Shown: piece after piece, positions 1-11,309 of the stretch | How positions within the stretch are numbered: position 1 is the stretch's first letter | How the letters are laid out: the number at the start of each line of letters is the position of its first letter | Source: Hyaloraphidium curvatum SAG 235-1 | Taxonomy: Eukaryota > Fungi > Monoblepharomycota | Reading direction: 5' to 3' | Assembly: GCA_025558095.1 (NCBI GenBank) | Contig: JAIVFI010000032.1 | Span: 186,001 to 250,000 of the forward strand | DNA: 64,000 nt | The notes under the pieces: generated by a model | Told to the model about the DNA's origin: nothing | The model's input: only the letters and a program-made list of their open reading frames with translations | Databases searched by the model: none | Position numbers and translations under genes: made by a program

Positions 1-715
1 CCGACTCGAAGCGGCTCGCAACGCGTGCGGCGAAGGCCGTGAGGACTCCGTACGCCAGCAGGTTGTCCTTGATTGGGCGGGGGGCCACACGGCAGGTGAG
101 GAACCTCTCGATTGCCGCAAAACTAAGGAAGAAGGCGATCGAGCCTGCGATGTTGCCCGGCAGGCGACGCAGCGCTTCGTGGTCGACCTTGCCCCGCCCG
201 CGCGCCACGATGCCAATGACGGCTTGGATCAGGTAGAGCTGAACATAGAAGCGGGTGATACGCTTGGCCATGGTAGGCAGATCGGCGACGAGGGCCTTTG
301 TGCATTCCCTGCAACGTGGGAACGATGAGAACGCGATTCCGACCCTCATGCCACCCAGAACGTACGGCTCGCCGGGGTGAATCTTGTCACAAGGGGTCTC
401 CAAAGAATCTCCCTTCGCGTCAAACGTGTGCGTGGGGGCAATATGGTTCCCCAGCAACCTTCGGTCTGTGGGAGACGGTCCGGAAGGCAGTGAGCCGCGT
501 GCACGAGAGACTGGGCCGCAACTCTACCGACAGCCGGGCGTAAAAGAGCGTCCATATCCCGTCAAGAGAATCGCCACGGTGCCAGCAAGGGCCGCGTGCA
601 GCCTTCCAACGTTGGTCCTTTGTTGGACTTCCGGAGGAATCATGCGCAGGGCGTGAGAGATGGCGACCTGGACGGCCGCCAACTTCACGAGCTTGGAGAT
701 ATCCCTGCCGCTCAT
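1..715 (-). CDS. 5' part of a multi-exon membrane protein, possibly TMEM135/PMP-type (Tim17 superfamily); runs off the window
   Basis: ATG at 715 (MSGRDISKLVKLAAVQVAISHAL). Later exons read RITRFYVQLYLIQAVIGIV...GSIAFFLSFAAIERFLTC...LLAYGVLTAFAARV, which are hydrophobic helices with an S-x-x-F-x-x-x-F...C pattern. Confidence 0.35.
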
Positions 716-984
716 TTTCGCTCGCTCGACGCCGACGACGGGATGTAGTAGGCGATTGCGTTTTAGTGTATGCGCACAACGCGATCAATTGAGGCGAGCG
801 CGGGCGATAGCGCGCCCGTGCTCGAAATGCTGACGCCGGAGTCTCATTCCAATGCATCAACCTATCCGGGCTCTGCCTGCTTGACGGATCGCTTATGATT
901 GTGGGGTCGTATACATAGAGCATACTCATGTGGGTTTCCATGACAAAGCTGCAAACTCTTCCAAACAAATCCAACAACTCGAGA

Positions 985-2779
985 TCATTGCACATAGCCC
1001 GAGCTCGCTGCGCGGGTCGCCATCCTCTCCGCCTGCTGCGCCATGTCCTCGGTTGTGCCCCACGTGATCACGTTCTCCTCCTCCTCGTGATCGGGCTCCG
1101 GGAACTCGTCGTCCTCATGTGCCGGTTGGGCGGCGTACGCAGTACTAGCGGTGGGCACATTGGCCGAATGGGTCCTCATGCGGTAGGGATCGTTCAAAGG
1201 AGCCGGCAAGGCGGAGCTGTCCGTGACCGACCGGAAGCGTTGCGGCACCTGCTGCGGCACATAACCCGGCATGGCGCTCCCCGTCCCAGTCCGGTAGAGC
1301 GCCGCCGGAGGCACTCCGTTGGGCATCATCGCCGGGTACGCCATGGGGAGCGTGGGTGCGGCGCCCGTTTGGTACATCGGCATCGACGCTGCCCCGGCCC
1401 CAACAAGGGGCATGTTGGCATATCCGTTCTGGTAGCCTGCACCGGGGTAGACCATGGGAAACGTTGCGGCCATGTTTGGCGCGGCCCCTCCGGGAATCGT
1501 GCCCGAGGGAACAGTGCCCGAGGGAACGTTGCCCGAGGGAATGGTGCCCGACGGAACGGTGCCGGATGGAATGTTTCCGCTCGGCATGCCTGCTGACACG
1601 GCGGCCGATGGGCGCCGCGCTGGGGGCATCTGATAACCTCCCGGAGGAACGCCATTTTGCGCAACGTCCGTGGGGTTCGTCATGACCGTCGAGGATCCGG
1701 TCCCGACGCGAGACACGGATGGCGGCGCGTAAGCCATCTCGGCGCCCTGGCCTGTAGGCACCCGGGCGATCGCTTGATACACGTCTCCGTTCGAAATGGT
1801 CGTCGACCCGGTGCCGACGCGCTGCACGGGCGGTGGGTACGGATACTTCCCGGCAGCCTGGGGCAGCGACGACAGGTAGGGGTTCGCCCCGTACGAGCGC
1901 ATGGACTGCGCTGCCATCGCTTGGGCCATGGCTTGCGCGGCGAGCGAATTCTTGCGGCCGCCGCCCGACGCGCTGGGGTCGTAGAGCTCCGCATCGTCGA
2001 CCGCGGTGGCCTTGAGCGAGGTGGCGTAGCCAGAGCCCATGCCGCTCATAGAGGGATCGATCGCGTTGCGGGAAGCTGTACCGACGGAGGGCACGCGGGC
2101 TATGCCGCTCGAGTTAAGGGAGGCGATGTTGCGTGGCTTCTTGGTCTTGTGCGTCGCATAGCACGTCAAGGCGACAACGGCGAGGAGCCCAAAGAAAACA
2201 AACCACGAGATTGCAATGGCAGAGATGAACGTGTCGCGGATTACCCTGGCGACCTCGTCCTGGCAGCCGTTTGCGCCGTCGAAGCCGACGCAGTTGTTCT
2301 GCTCCTCGAACTTGCGGCCCTCGTCCCGGGACATGTTGTACCACACGACCCAGGCGAAGCCGTTCACGTCGTTCGAGAAGAAGACGAAGGAGATGATCGC
2401 TGGCGGGCCGGGGCGGCGGGGTTACAAACACGCCGCCGGGGCGGGCGCACGGCGGGCACCCACACATCACGGCGACGACGGCGGAGCCGATCAGGCCGAG
2501 GAAAGAGAGCAGCAGGAAGAGGAACCAGTACGCGGTCTCGTGGCGCAGGTGGCCCAGGAGGCCGAGCACGAAGGCGGCCAGGCACATCGACCCGAGGACG
2601 ACCAGGCCGATGAAGGTGCCGTTCGCGTAGATCGACGCGGTCTTGGTCGGGCCGGCGAGGCCGACGGAGCCCATTGTGATCGCGGCCAGCGCCGACACGC
2701 CGAGCAGCGCCAGGAGGCCGTAGATGCCCGACAGGAACTTCGGCGTGCGGCCGACGAGGTCGCTGATGGCCGGCGCCAT
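985..2779 (-). CDS. Tetraspanin-like 4-TM protein with long Pro/Gly/Ala-rich cytosolic tail (one intron ~2400-2465)
   Basis: MAPAISDL... then three hydrophobic helices, a short loop (WYNMSRDEGRKFEEQNNCVGFDGANGC), a fourth TM (ISAIAISWFVFFGLLAVVALTC) and a ~370 aa low-complexity tail ending at stop 985. Confidence 0.6.
1488..1590 (-). repeat. In-frame 15-nt tandem repeat, ~7 units, encoding PSG(N/T)(I/V)
   Basis: gcccgaggga recurs every 15 nt; peptide MPSGNIPSGTVPSGTIPSGNVPSGTVPSGTIPGG. Confidence 0.9.
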
Positions 2780-2991
2780 GGCGGTGGGCGCGGCGCGCGG
2801 CGGCTGAAGAGCGGAGGCGGATCGCGCGGCCGCGGAGGGGCGCGGCGGGCCCGCGGGGGTGGGGCGGGGGGATTGTGTATGCGGGCCGCTGCGGAGGCCG
2901 GCCGGGAGGGAGCTGGCTGACGCTGCCACAGCGTCTTCGGTCCCTTCATGGCAGTCAGGCTATAGGTGGACCGCCTTAACTAGGGATAGAT

Positions 2992-5900
2992 TCAGATTCT
3001 TCGCGCTACAGAAACTGCCGCGTCGTACACCGTACGGTCCTCATCGTCCCCGACGGCAAAGGCTAGCCCGCCAGCATCCTGCCGCCCCGCCAAGAGACCG
3101 GCCCCCGGGCCGATGGTAAGGTCATGGACGTCATCGAGCTCTGGAGCAAAGGTCCTGGAATCAGACCAGCCAAGCCGAAATGGCACTGCAGCTCACCTTG
3201 CTCAGGGGCGGCAATCGGCTCGGTAGGCTCAGCAAAGAGGCCCGCGGCCACGCTCGCGTCGCGGCGCTGCGTCAGGATCAGGTGACGCTCGGGAAAGCCG
3301 GCGGCGTCCTCCGATCGGACCTTCAGGGTCCACTCGGAGGGCTTGAAGCTTGCAGTGAAACGGGTTAGAAGGCCATGTACGATGCGGGAATGGCCGGTCC
3401 GAACCTCTTTGCAACGTGCCCGATGAACCGGCTCGTGGCCACAGACACCCTCGGCAGTCCAACGCGGTATGCGATGGCTCCTTGCCCAGTCCGAACCGAA
3501 TCCATCGGCGCCGGATTGCGAGCGCCCGTCGAAATGCCCCGTTCCCGTTGGAGAATGATCTGTGCGCGCACCTGGGCTTCCGCCACGAGGTCCGAGAGCA
3601 TGGCCGCCACCACGCGCTTGACCGGGCCGTGAGGGACTCCGATTGCGTTTTCGGCGACGAAGCGGAAGAGTTCAAGCCCACGCCAAAGGCCTTCCAAAGC
3701 ACGGACCGCCCAGCGGATCTCGTGCACGGCCGGATCGGTGTTCATGTTCTCCAGGTCCTCTTCGGAGAGCGCGGGCGCAGCGTCCGGCGTGCATCCGTAG
3801 GGAACGCGGGTCACGGGGTTCACCAGCAACAGATCCAGCACATCCGTTTCCACGATGCCGGAAAGGAGGGCCCGCGCATCGCGGCCGACCTTCCAGATGC
3901 CGAGCATGCAGACGTTGGCCCAGAGCTGCTCCAGAACGGCATCGAAGCCGCTCTCGATGTACGATTGCAGCGAGTCCGTCTGTGACGAAGCAGCGGTGCG
4001 CAGCGAGTGCAGGCGGATGCAGTCGCGCACCAGCTTGGCGATAGGAGTGGGGTTGTGCTTGCCGACGGGGGGGAGGAGCTTGCCGGTCTCCAAAGCGTCG
4101 ACGATGGCCGTCACGGCATCAACGAGGTCCATCTTGGATTGCGCAGCTGTTCGGTGCAATAGCGTGAGCGACCATGGGCGATCGCGCACGATGCCCGAGC
4201 TCACAAAGCAAAAAGTTCCACATCCTCTCCGTAAAATCAAGATCCTTCCTGCCTGCCGAATGCGTCCCGGATACGCTTGCGCTTGGTGTCGGCAGTGGAG
4301 GTACCTTGAGCCCGTCCTCCCCGTCCTGGTCTGCGGACTCGTCATCGTTGTCGAGCACCGCAGCCGCAAACTCCTCGTCCAGGTCGTATGCGGAGGCCGT
4401 TGCTGAAGATCCGCCTTCGTTTTCGAGAGCTGCATGCGATGGGTCGTAAGGTGGTGTCCAGGAACCGTGCTTGGTTGTTCGTACCTTCGATCCACTTGTC
4501 CACATTCTCCGCCGCCGCTCTTCCCTCCACGGGTCTGGAGATCTTCCAAGCCTCGCCCTCTTCCTCTCCACTGTCGGCTTGGGCGCACCATTGGCTTAGA
4601 ATCCTCCATTCGCGCCAGGTTCTCGCAGTGGCCAGGTGAGAGATGCGATCTCGGGGCCACGGGACGTAGCCAATCTCAAGAACGGCACCGGCAGGGTCAG
4701 ATAAAGGAAGTGCAAGGGGCGTAGGAGGGAGTGCCGTGGCCGTGGAAGGATTGTAGTCCAGGTGAAGCGCAAGATGGGACGAGGTCACGGGCGCAGGTGT
4801 TGCCTGTTGGAATACCAATGAGAACAACCGCCGTCGAGAACGACGACGGACAACTGTACCTCGTTACTGGGGAGCGATGAAAAGCCGATGCCGTGCACAA
4901 TATCAAATCTGATCTTGACCTCGCACGATGGGAGTTCTGCATCGGCATCCTCTGGAAGGGCCTCGTCCAGGTCGAGCGTGAAATCGAGCAGGAACTTGTT
5001 GACATCCATGATCGAGTCCGAAGACCCCTCGAGTTCAATGGCCGGAGGCTTTTCCCCGGCCTTGAAGGCGGGACGGACATCCGGGAACTTTGCCGTCAGA
5101 GGTGCTGGGCAATTTAAGCGGATGAGAAAACTGGCTTCAGCCTCCGTGCGAACAACCAACCTTGGTCGGCAATATCGTAGACTACCATCCGTCTCTGGAT
5201 GGCCAGCTCATCTGGCTTAGCCATCAGTCCATCCCCCAGACCCTGCACACCGACAAAGTTGCGCTCCCCGGACGAAAGTGTCGCGTACGCAAACATCCTC
5301 GGGAGGGCTGTGAATCCGGGGTCGGACTGTGCTGCGGAGGAAAAGACTGCGAGGAGATGTCGCGCGGCTTGCATCGGAAGGGGTGTGTGCGTCGCCGGTA
5401 CCATAGGAAACAGGTAGGTCGGCTGCACAACGAGACCGGCAGACGATAAGCGAAAACATTCTCGAGAGCTCCGAATCGAAACTCACGGCAGCTTCAGGCT
5501 GTTCGTGCCCCGGGCCGCCAACCAGTCCGCCTGCTCCACGGGAATCGTTCCTCGTCGTCGCGTCCACGTCCGTTGACTCCCGACGGGTGAGCACCGCAGT
5601 GTGCTCCACGAGCAGGGGATCCTCCTCGGTTGCCTTCTTCTTGCGGGACACCAAGCCCGCGGGCATCTTCTTCGGCGGGACGGCGGTTGCAACGAAGAAC
5701 GATCCCGGGCCCGCGACCCGACGTAGCCAGTGGTCCACCGATGCCGGAACGTGCCACACCAGAGCATTTGGAGAGCCGCTCGGAAAGAGGAAGGGAGGAA
5801 GCGGCACAACGGTCGGGTGGAGAGTCTGCCGCGGAGGTCGCCGCAAGGAGATGTTCAGGGGACGCCATGAATCGGTACGGCGGACTCTCACCTCGCCAAC

Positions 5901-6206
5901 GATGCCACTCGAGGCACATTCCACGAGCTTTTGCACCAGGGCCGCGCGCTCGTCCGCCAGGAACCCGGCGCCGGGAAACGAGGCCTTTGCAGGCTCTTGG
6001 GGGACTCCGGCACCAAGGCGCGCGTCGGTACGCCGCGCCGCCGCGACTGCCATGCCGGCGACGCGTGTGTCGCCTGCTTGCCTAAACAATGACCAGTCCT
6101 CGGCGAGCGGTGGTCCTCGGGGAATTCAGGGGGCCGTGATCAGCACTCGTCACCGGATGCTCCCAATCCCCAAGGCATTGGACAAAGCGTCGAGCATTTT
6201 CATCAT
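2992..6206 (-). CDS. ZWILCH: Zwilch-like kinetochore protein (RZZ complex subunit), multi-exon
   Basis: Spliced segments RKDLDFTERMWNFL / DLVDAVTAIVDALETGKLLPPVGKHNPTPIAKLV / MLGIWKVGRD match, in order and spacing, the Zwilch motifs as I recall them (DLDFAEQLW; DLV..IIQSLQRGDIQPW....SLLSKLI; EIGLDKLKKD). Last exon ends SVARRI* at 2992. Start is inferred. Confidence 0.7.
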
Positions 6207-6522
6207 GGTAGAATCATCTGATTACTGGAGGTTCGAACTCGTGATGGTGGGGCTTGACTTGCCTTCTATGGACGACACTTCGATCTGTGCACTCGACCTG
6301 GAATGCCGGTCCATCCAAGAAGGATGATCCTATGGTTGCCTTTACGCAAAAGTGGTATACGATCTTGTCCGGTGCGCTTCAACCTCGCGATCTTTCACTG
6401 GTCTGGGCTGATGGAAAGCCAGCAGGCACCGGCCGGCGGTGCAGGCGCAGCAGCAGTACCCCACCACACTTTCAGGGCTTCGCTACAACTCCGTTCTCGC
6501 CCACCGGAGAACCTCTGCAGCC

Positions 6523-7623
6523 ATGTCGGCGTGCGCGTGGTGGGTTCCCATGTCGGCTGGACGCGCTGCTCCCCGAGCTGACCGTATCTGAACCTGCCGC
6601 GACCCTCCTACTCCGACGGCCACCCCTGCCTGATTGACCCACTGGCGCACATCTTCGCCCCCCGCGTCCTTTCCCGCCCTGCTTTGACCTGCGTGGACTA
6701 CTTTTGTTCCGTTCTGGCCCCTTGAAGCTACTGCTCGGGCCCCTCATGGAGCAACTACTTTGCCGGGTACTTCGACCTGTCGCGGGGCTCCTGCACCCAG
6801 AGCAACTGCATCTACTACTTCCCTTCGTACTGCCTTCCCGGCTACAGTTGGTATCGCGCTGGCGCCGCCGGAGAGACACGGGGATACTGAGAATCTTCGC
6901 GTCTAGCCATCGTTCCTACATACTACAACCCGCCCAGCGGTGGCCTTAGCACTGGCGGCAGCGTCGCCATCGCCGTGATGTGCGGTGTCGCGGCCGTGCT
7001 TCTGTTGGGCGTTGCGTGCTACTTCTTCAAGAAGAGTAAGTGTCAGCCGCGCAGGGCAGTAGTGTTCTTGGCTCATCGTGATCCGTGAAGGTGCCGACAA
7101 GAAGAAGGCTGCTGCGCTGGCCGCTCAGCAGCAGGCTGTCGTCCAGATGGACGTCTACAAGAGCGACGGTGCCTACCCTGCCACCGAGCAGCCCCAGATG
7201 CCCGGTGCTGGCGGCTACTACGACCCCAACGCTGCCGCTTACCCGCCGCCGCCCGAGGGTGGTTACCAGGCCCCTGGATATGGAGTGAGTTTCTGTTCCG
7301 CTCTCCGACTTGTTCTGCGGGATGCTGATGTAGGTTGCTAGGACGCTTCCGCCGCCGCTGGAGGGTACTCGGCGCCGCCCACGACTGGCTACCAGCCCCC
7401 CGCTACGGGCTATCAGCCCCCGCCGACAGATGCCACCAGCTACCAGCCCCCGGCGACGACCAGCTACCCTCCCCCGCCGACGGATGGCGCCACCACCAGC
7501 TACCCTCCCCCGCCCACGAACTACGACAACGCCGGTGCTTCTGGCTCGTACGCTCCCCCGTCGTACGACACCGTGCCCGCGGCGACCGTCGCGCCCGAGA
7601 AGAGCAAGCCCCCGGGATCGTAA
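6523..7623 (+). CDS. Single-pass membrane protein with Cys/Tyr-rich ectodomain and Y/P-rich PY-motif tail (Shisa/WBP1/Rcr1-like architecture)
   Basis: Spliced model MSACAYCSGPSWSNYF...CTQSNCIYYFPSYCLPG, TM GGSVAIAVMCGVAAVLLLGVACYFFKK, tail with repeated YPPPP/YQPP and PPSY; TAA at 7621-7623. Confidence 0.6.
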
Positions 7624-7911
7624 TGGGGAAAGGGCGGAGCGGAATAGGAGTTGACATTATCGGGGGCGGCCGGCCCGTCTTTTGAGAGCAGATTGTATGA
7701 GGTGGCATCAATAAGGACGTAAGAGTGGATGTTCATCAACGTTTTGACTTTTATGGGCCTGATGAGAGGCCATGATGTGCGTGATTGTCGCCTCCGGCCC
7801 CGCTTGTGCAGTATCTCGGAGCTGGTCCAATCCCGGCTCGACGTCACCTCCGATGGCGAGCGCTGATCGTTGAACCGCATTTGCTCTACATTCGGATACC
7901 GTGCTCTCACC

Positions 7912-10516
7912 ATGGTTGCTCGGTTTTTTCCTTTGCTGACGGCGATGCTGCTCCCGCTCGCCCTCCTTATGAACGTGCAGGCGCTCGCGGTGCGCGGTTG
8001 GCTGTACAAATGGCAGACTGGCGAGGGCAAAGACTGTGATCCGACGGCAACGACACTGCATGTCGGACCGTATCGGTCGCCCTCAGCGGCTCGAACATTC
8101 GTGGACACAATGGAAGCTTTCGTCGAGCACGGACGCGTCGGGGACGTACGCGTTTCCGACGCGTTCAAGCGTGCTCCGGGCCCAGAATCACGTGGAACGA
8201 TGGGCTCTGACTTTGGTTTCCTCCCGGGAGATTTGCTCGTCGACTTGGTCGCGTCGAAGCCGTCGGCGAGAGCGTGGCCCTACCCGTCGCTCCCTCCATG
8301 CGGGGAAGATGAGGACGATCCGCGGGCTGTGGTGTTCTATCACCCGCAGTACCTCAAGTTCCTTCTCGGGCTCGCGATCGCGGGCGGTCTTGCTGCGACT
8401 TTTGGCCTGATCGGACGCTGCTTCCTTTGGTGGGACCGGATATCGACGGACGTACTCATCATGGGCGCCGCGGTCCAGGCTTGCTCGCACCTCGCCGTGA
8501 TTGCGCTCTTCCTTTCCGAGATTCTGCCGCGGCCGCCCGGGGTCCACCTCAGTCAGGGTATCGTCTACTGCTCGGCGTCGTGCGTGCTGGCACTCCTCGT
8601 TGCGGGACTGCGCGGGTGGGACGAGCTCACGCGGGACACGTCGACGCCGGAAGAGTACCATTTCGGGCTTTCGGACTACCAAACACAGCTGATCCTCGTC
8701 TTTAACGCCTTCATCCTCTACCTTATATTCACTTCCGTTCTCTTCGCCGTGGGGGAGGGTCACTCCTTCGACGACGCCATCTACTGGTCGATCGCCACGT
8801 CGTGCACCATCGGATTCGGAGACTACACGCCCAAAACGCAGCTCGGCAGGGCGATCCATCCGCCGCTCGCCAGCGTGGCCATTTTCCTGACAACCAACGT
8901 CGTGCTTGCGATCCGCGACGTGATCCTGGAATGGCTGGCCATCAAGTTCGCCAACACGCTCTCCAAAATCTTCACCCAGGTCGAGGAGGACACGGAGGCG
9001 GACGAGGAGAAGAAGTCGCGCCCGGATTCGGCCTCCGAGATTGTGCGCGTGGATTCGGAATCGGAACCGGCGTCCGTGAACCCGCGCAAATGGGCGCGCA
9101 GGATGACGACGGTGTCGATCGTCACGGCACCGCGGGGCATCGAGGGCGGCCGGAGGCGCGAGTTCAGCATCGCCGGGCCGGACGTGGGCAAGTCCTGGCG
9201 CTACGACCCGAACCAGCAGCCCGTTTCGCGGGTTGCGAGCGATTCGGGCAGGGTGCCTTCCATGTGGCTCACGCCGCACAGGGCGGTCGGCGAGGAGGAG
9301 AATCGCGGGCGGGCGATGTTTGAGGAGCCGAGATCGGACAGGGACCAGAGCGTCGCGCCCTCCGCGAGATCGGCGAGCGTTCCGAGGTCGGTCAGGTCGA
9401 TCGTGTCCTTTGCCGGCAGTGCGCCCCCGGGGATTCAGACCCCGCGCAGCCCGCCTCGATCTGGGGACGAGGCCGACGACGAAGACCACGCGGACGAGGA
9501 CGGCGGTGCGAGCTCGGACTCGTCGGAAGATTCGGGGCCGGAGGAATCCGAACCCGGTCTGCGTGAACCCGCTTCCAGGCGGTCGCATTCGCCGTTGGCG
9601 GATCCGGACTCGTCGGATGCGCCTCCCCGACCGGGCCCATTCTCGCCGCCTCTCCTTTCCCCGCCGATCGCCAACGATTCGCCGCCTCCCATCCGACAGT
9701 CTTTGGCAGTGCCGGGGCGCAAGGGCGGCGGGATCCAGTTCCGCGAACCGACCGCTGGGACCGACAGCGCGGTCACGGTCCCGGACGAGAGCGAGCCCCT
9801 TATCCCCACCGGATTCCCCCGGCGGCGCCGCGCGCAGTCCCGCGTCAGCTGGGTGGAGAAGCTGGAGAACGTCCCCAAGAATATTTCCAGGCGGATGTCG
9901 CTCGATCCTGCCATGTTCGAAAGGGGCAGGGACGAGGTCGTGAGGGAGATCAGGTTGCGGCGGGGAAAGTACCTGCCCGAGGTCAACATCAGGACGGATC
10001 TCAAGGTCAAGAAGGGCGACGTTGTGCAGGTCACGAAGGCATCGCTGGAAAGGTCCGCATCATTTTGCTTCTTGTGCGATGTCTAGGTCTGATCCACCTA
10101 ACGCAGGTCCATTGTGCTTGGGCTCGGTTTCCTGCTCGCCCATCTGTTTACTTTCGGCGGACTGTTCGCATGGATGGAAGGCTGGACCTTCACGGACGGC
10201 TTCTACTTCTGCTTCGTCGCTCTGACGACCATCGGATGTGGGTAATGCGATTTCACCTCTTGGTGTTTCTTGACCCATTTCTGCCCGCACAGACGGAGAC
10301 CTGACCCCCACGTACCTGCACTCTAAGACCGTCTTTATCGCCTACGTCTTCCTCGGGATCCCCAACCTCACCTTCCTGGGCAGCGTGATCGGGGAGCGGC
10401 TCTCGTCCGGGTGGAAGGTGCACGTGGACAAGCGCAGGGGGATGCTGGGCGTCGGGAGGGCCGCGACGTTGGGCGACGAGTCGGAGGCGGAAGCCGGGCG
10501 GGGAAGGCCGCAGTAG
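7912..10516 (+). CDS. TOK1: TOK-type two-pore-domain potassium channel
   Basis: N-terminal TM FFPLLTAMLLPLALLMNVQALAVRGW and SQGIVYC motif. P1 is SFDDAIYWSIATSCTIGFGDYTP. P2 is GWTFTDGFYFCFVALTTIG-Y-GDLTP, with the Tyr codon split by intron 10239-10292. An extra upstream exon is possible. Confidence 0.85.
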
Positions 10517-10633
10517 GCGCACGGGAGGGATTGGCCGCGGGGACCGGCCATCGGCATGGGTTTGCAGTTTCGTGCTGCTCTTGTTTGCACTGGGTACACG
10601 GGGTATCGTTGCGATCGATTGATGGAACTAGAG

Positions 10634-11226
10634 CTAGGATTTGACGCGCTGGATGTAGAGGACTTGTCACCGAAATCAGAAACCTGCACACACGCAAGGT
10701 CCCGGACGGCAGGTTTACCGTTGTTCCCCCGAATAAACACGTCGCCGTAGGTATTCCGGAGCTGGCCGTTCACGAATCTGTGGGTGAACGGTGGCAGCGT
10801 CGTACAAGGCTTTGTCGTCAGGCCAATGTCACGACTCGGCCTCCTCCAAGCACCCACTCCTGGCAGTTTTCCATCGCGATGTTCATGTAGCCGTCCAGGC
10901 AGGCGAGGATCCCTGCAGTAACGAGTCCGCGACGCGTGGAAGCGTTCCGTCGGTCAGCGTTCCTTTCCGAAGCTCCTCCACGCCCGACGCACCCCGGTAA
11001 TCCACTCCCGAGTTCAGGCGCACGGAAACCGGCCGCCCGATGGCGTTGCTGAGAAAGTCCGTGGGGGACTGCGCGGTTGGAGGTCCGGTGGGCACAGCGG
11101 GTTCCAGAGGCGTCCGAGGCGATTGATTCCGGAATCGAAGGGCCGGCGACGGAGAGCGAGGTCAACTATACGCGATGTCGCTGCCATCTCGCCACATAGC
11201 CGCACCTTTGTCGGATTCGTCGACAT
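10634..11226 (-). CDS. LSM6: U6 snRNA-associated Sm-like protein LSm6 (5 exons)
   Basis: MSTNPTK|SPTDFLSNAIGRPVSVRLNSGVDYRG|ILACLDGYMNIAMENCQE|..VNGQLRNTYGDVFIRGNN|VLYIQRVKS*. Confidence 0.95.
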
Positions 11227-11309
11227 CGCGAAGGCGCTCCGTGAAGTGCAAAGGACTTGCCGCGCGAGGTCAATCGGACCGCCAGAGGGGCGGAGCCTCG
11301 GGCGATACG

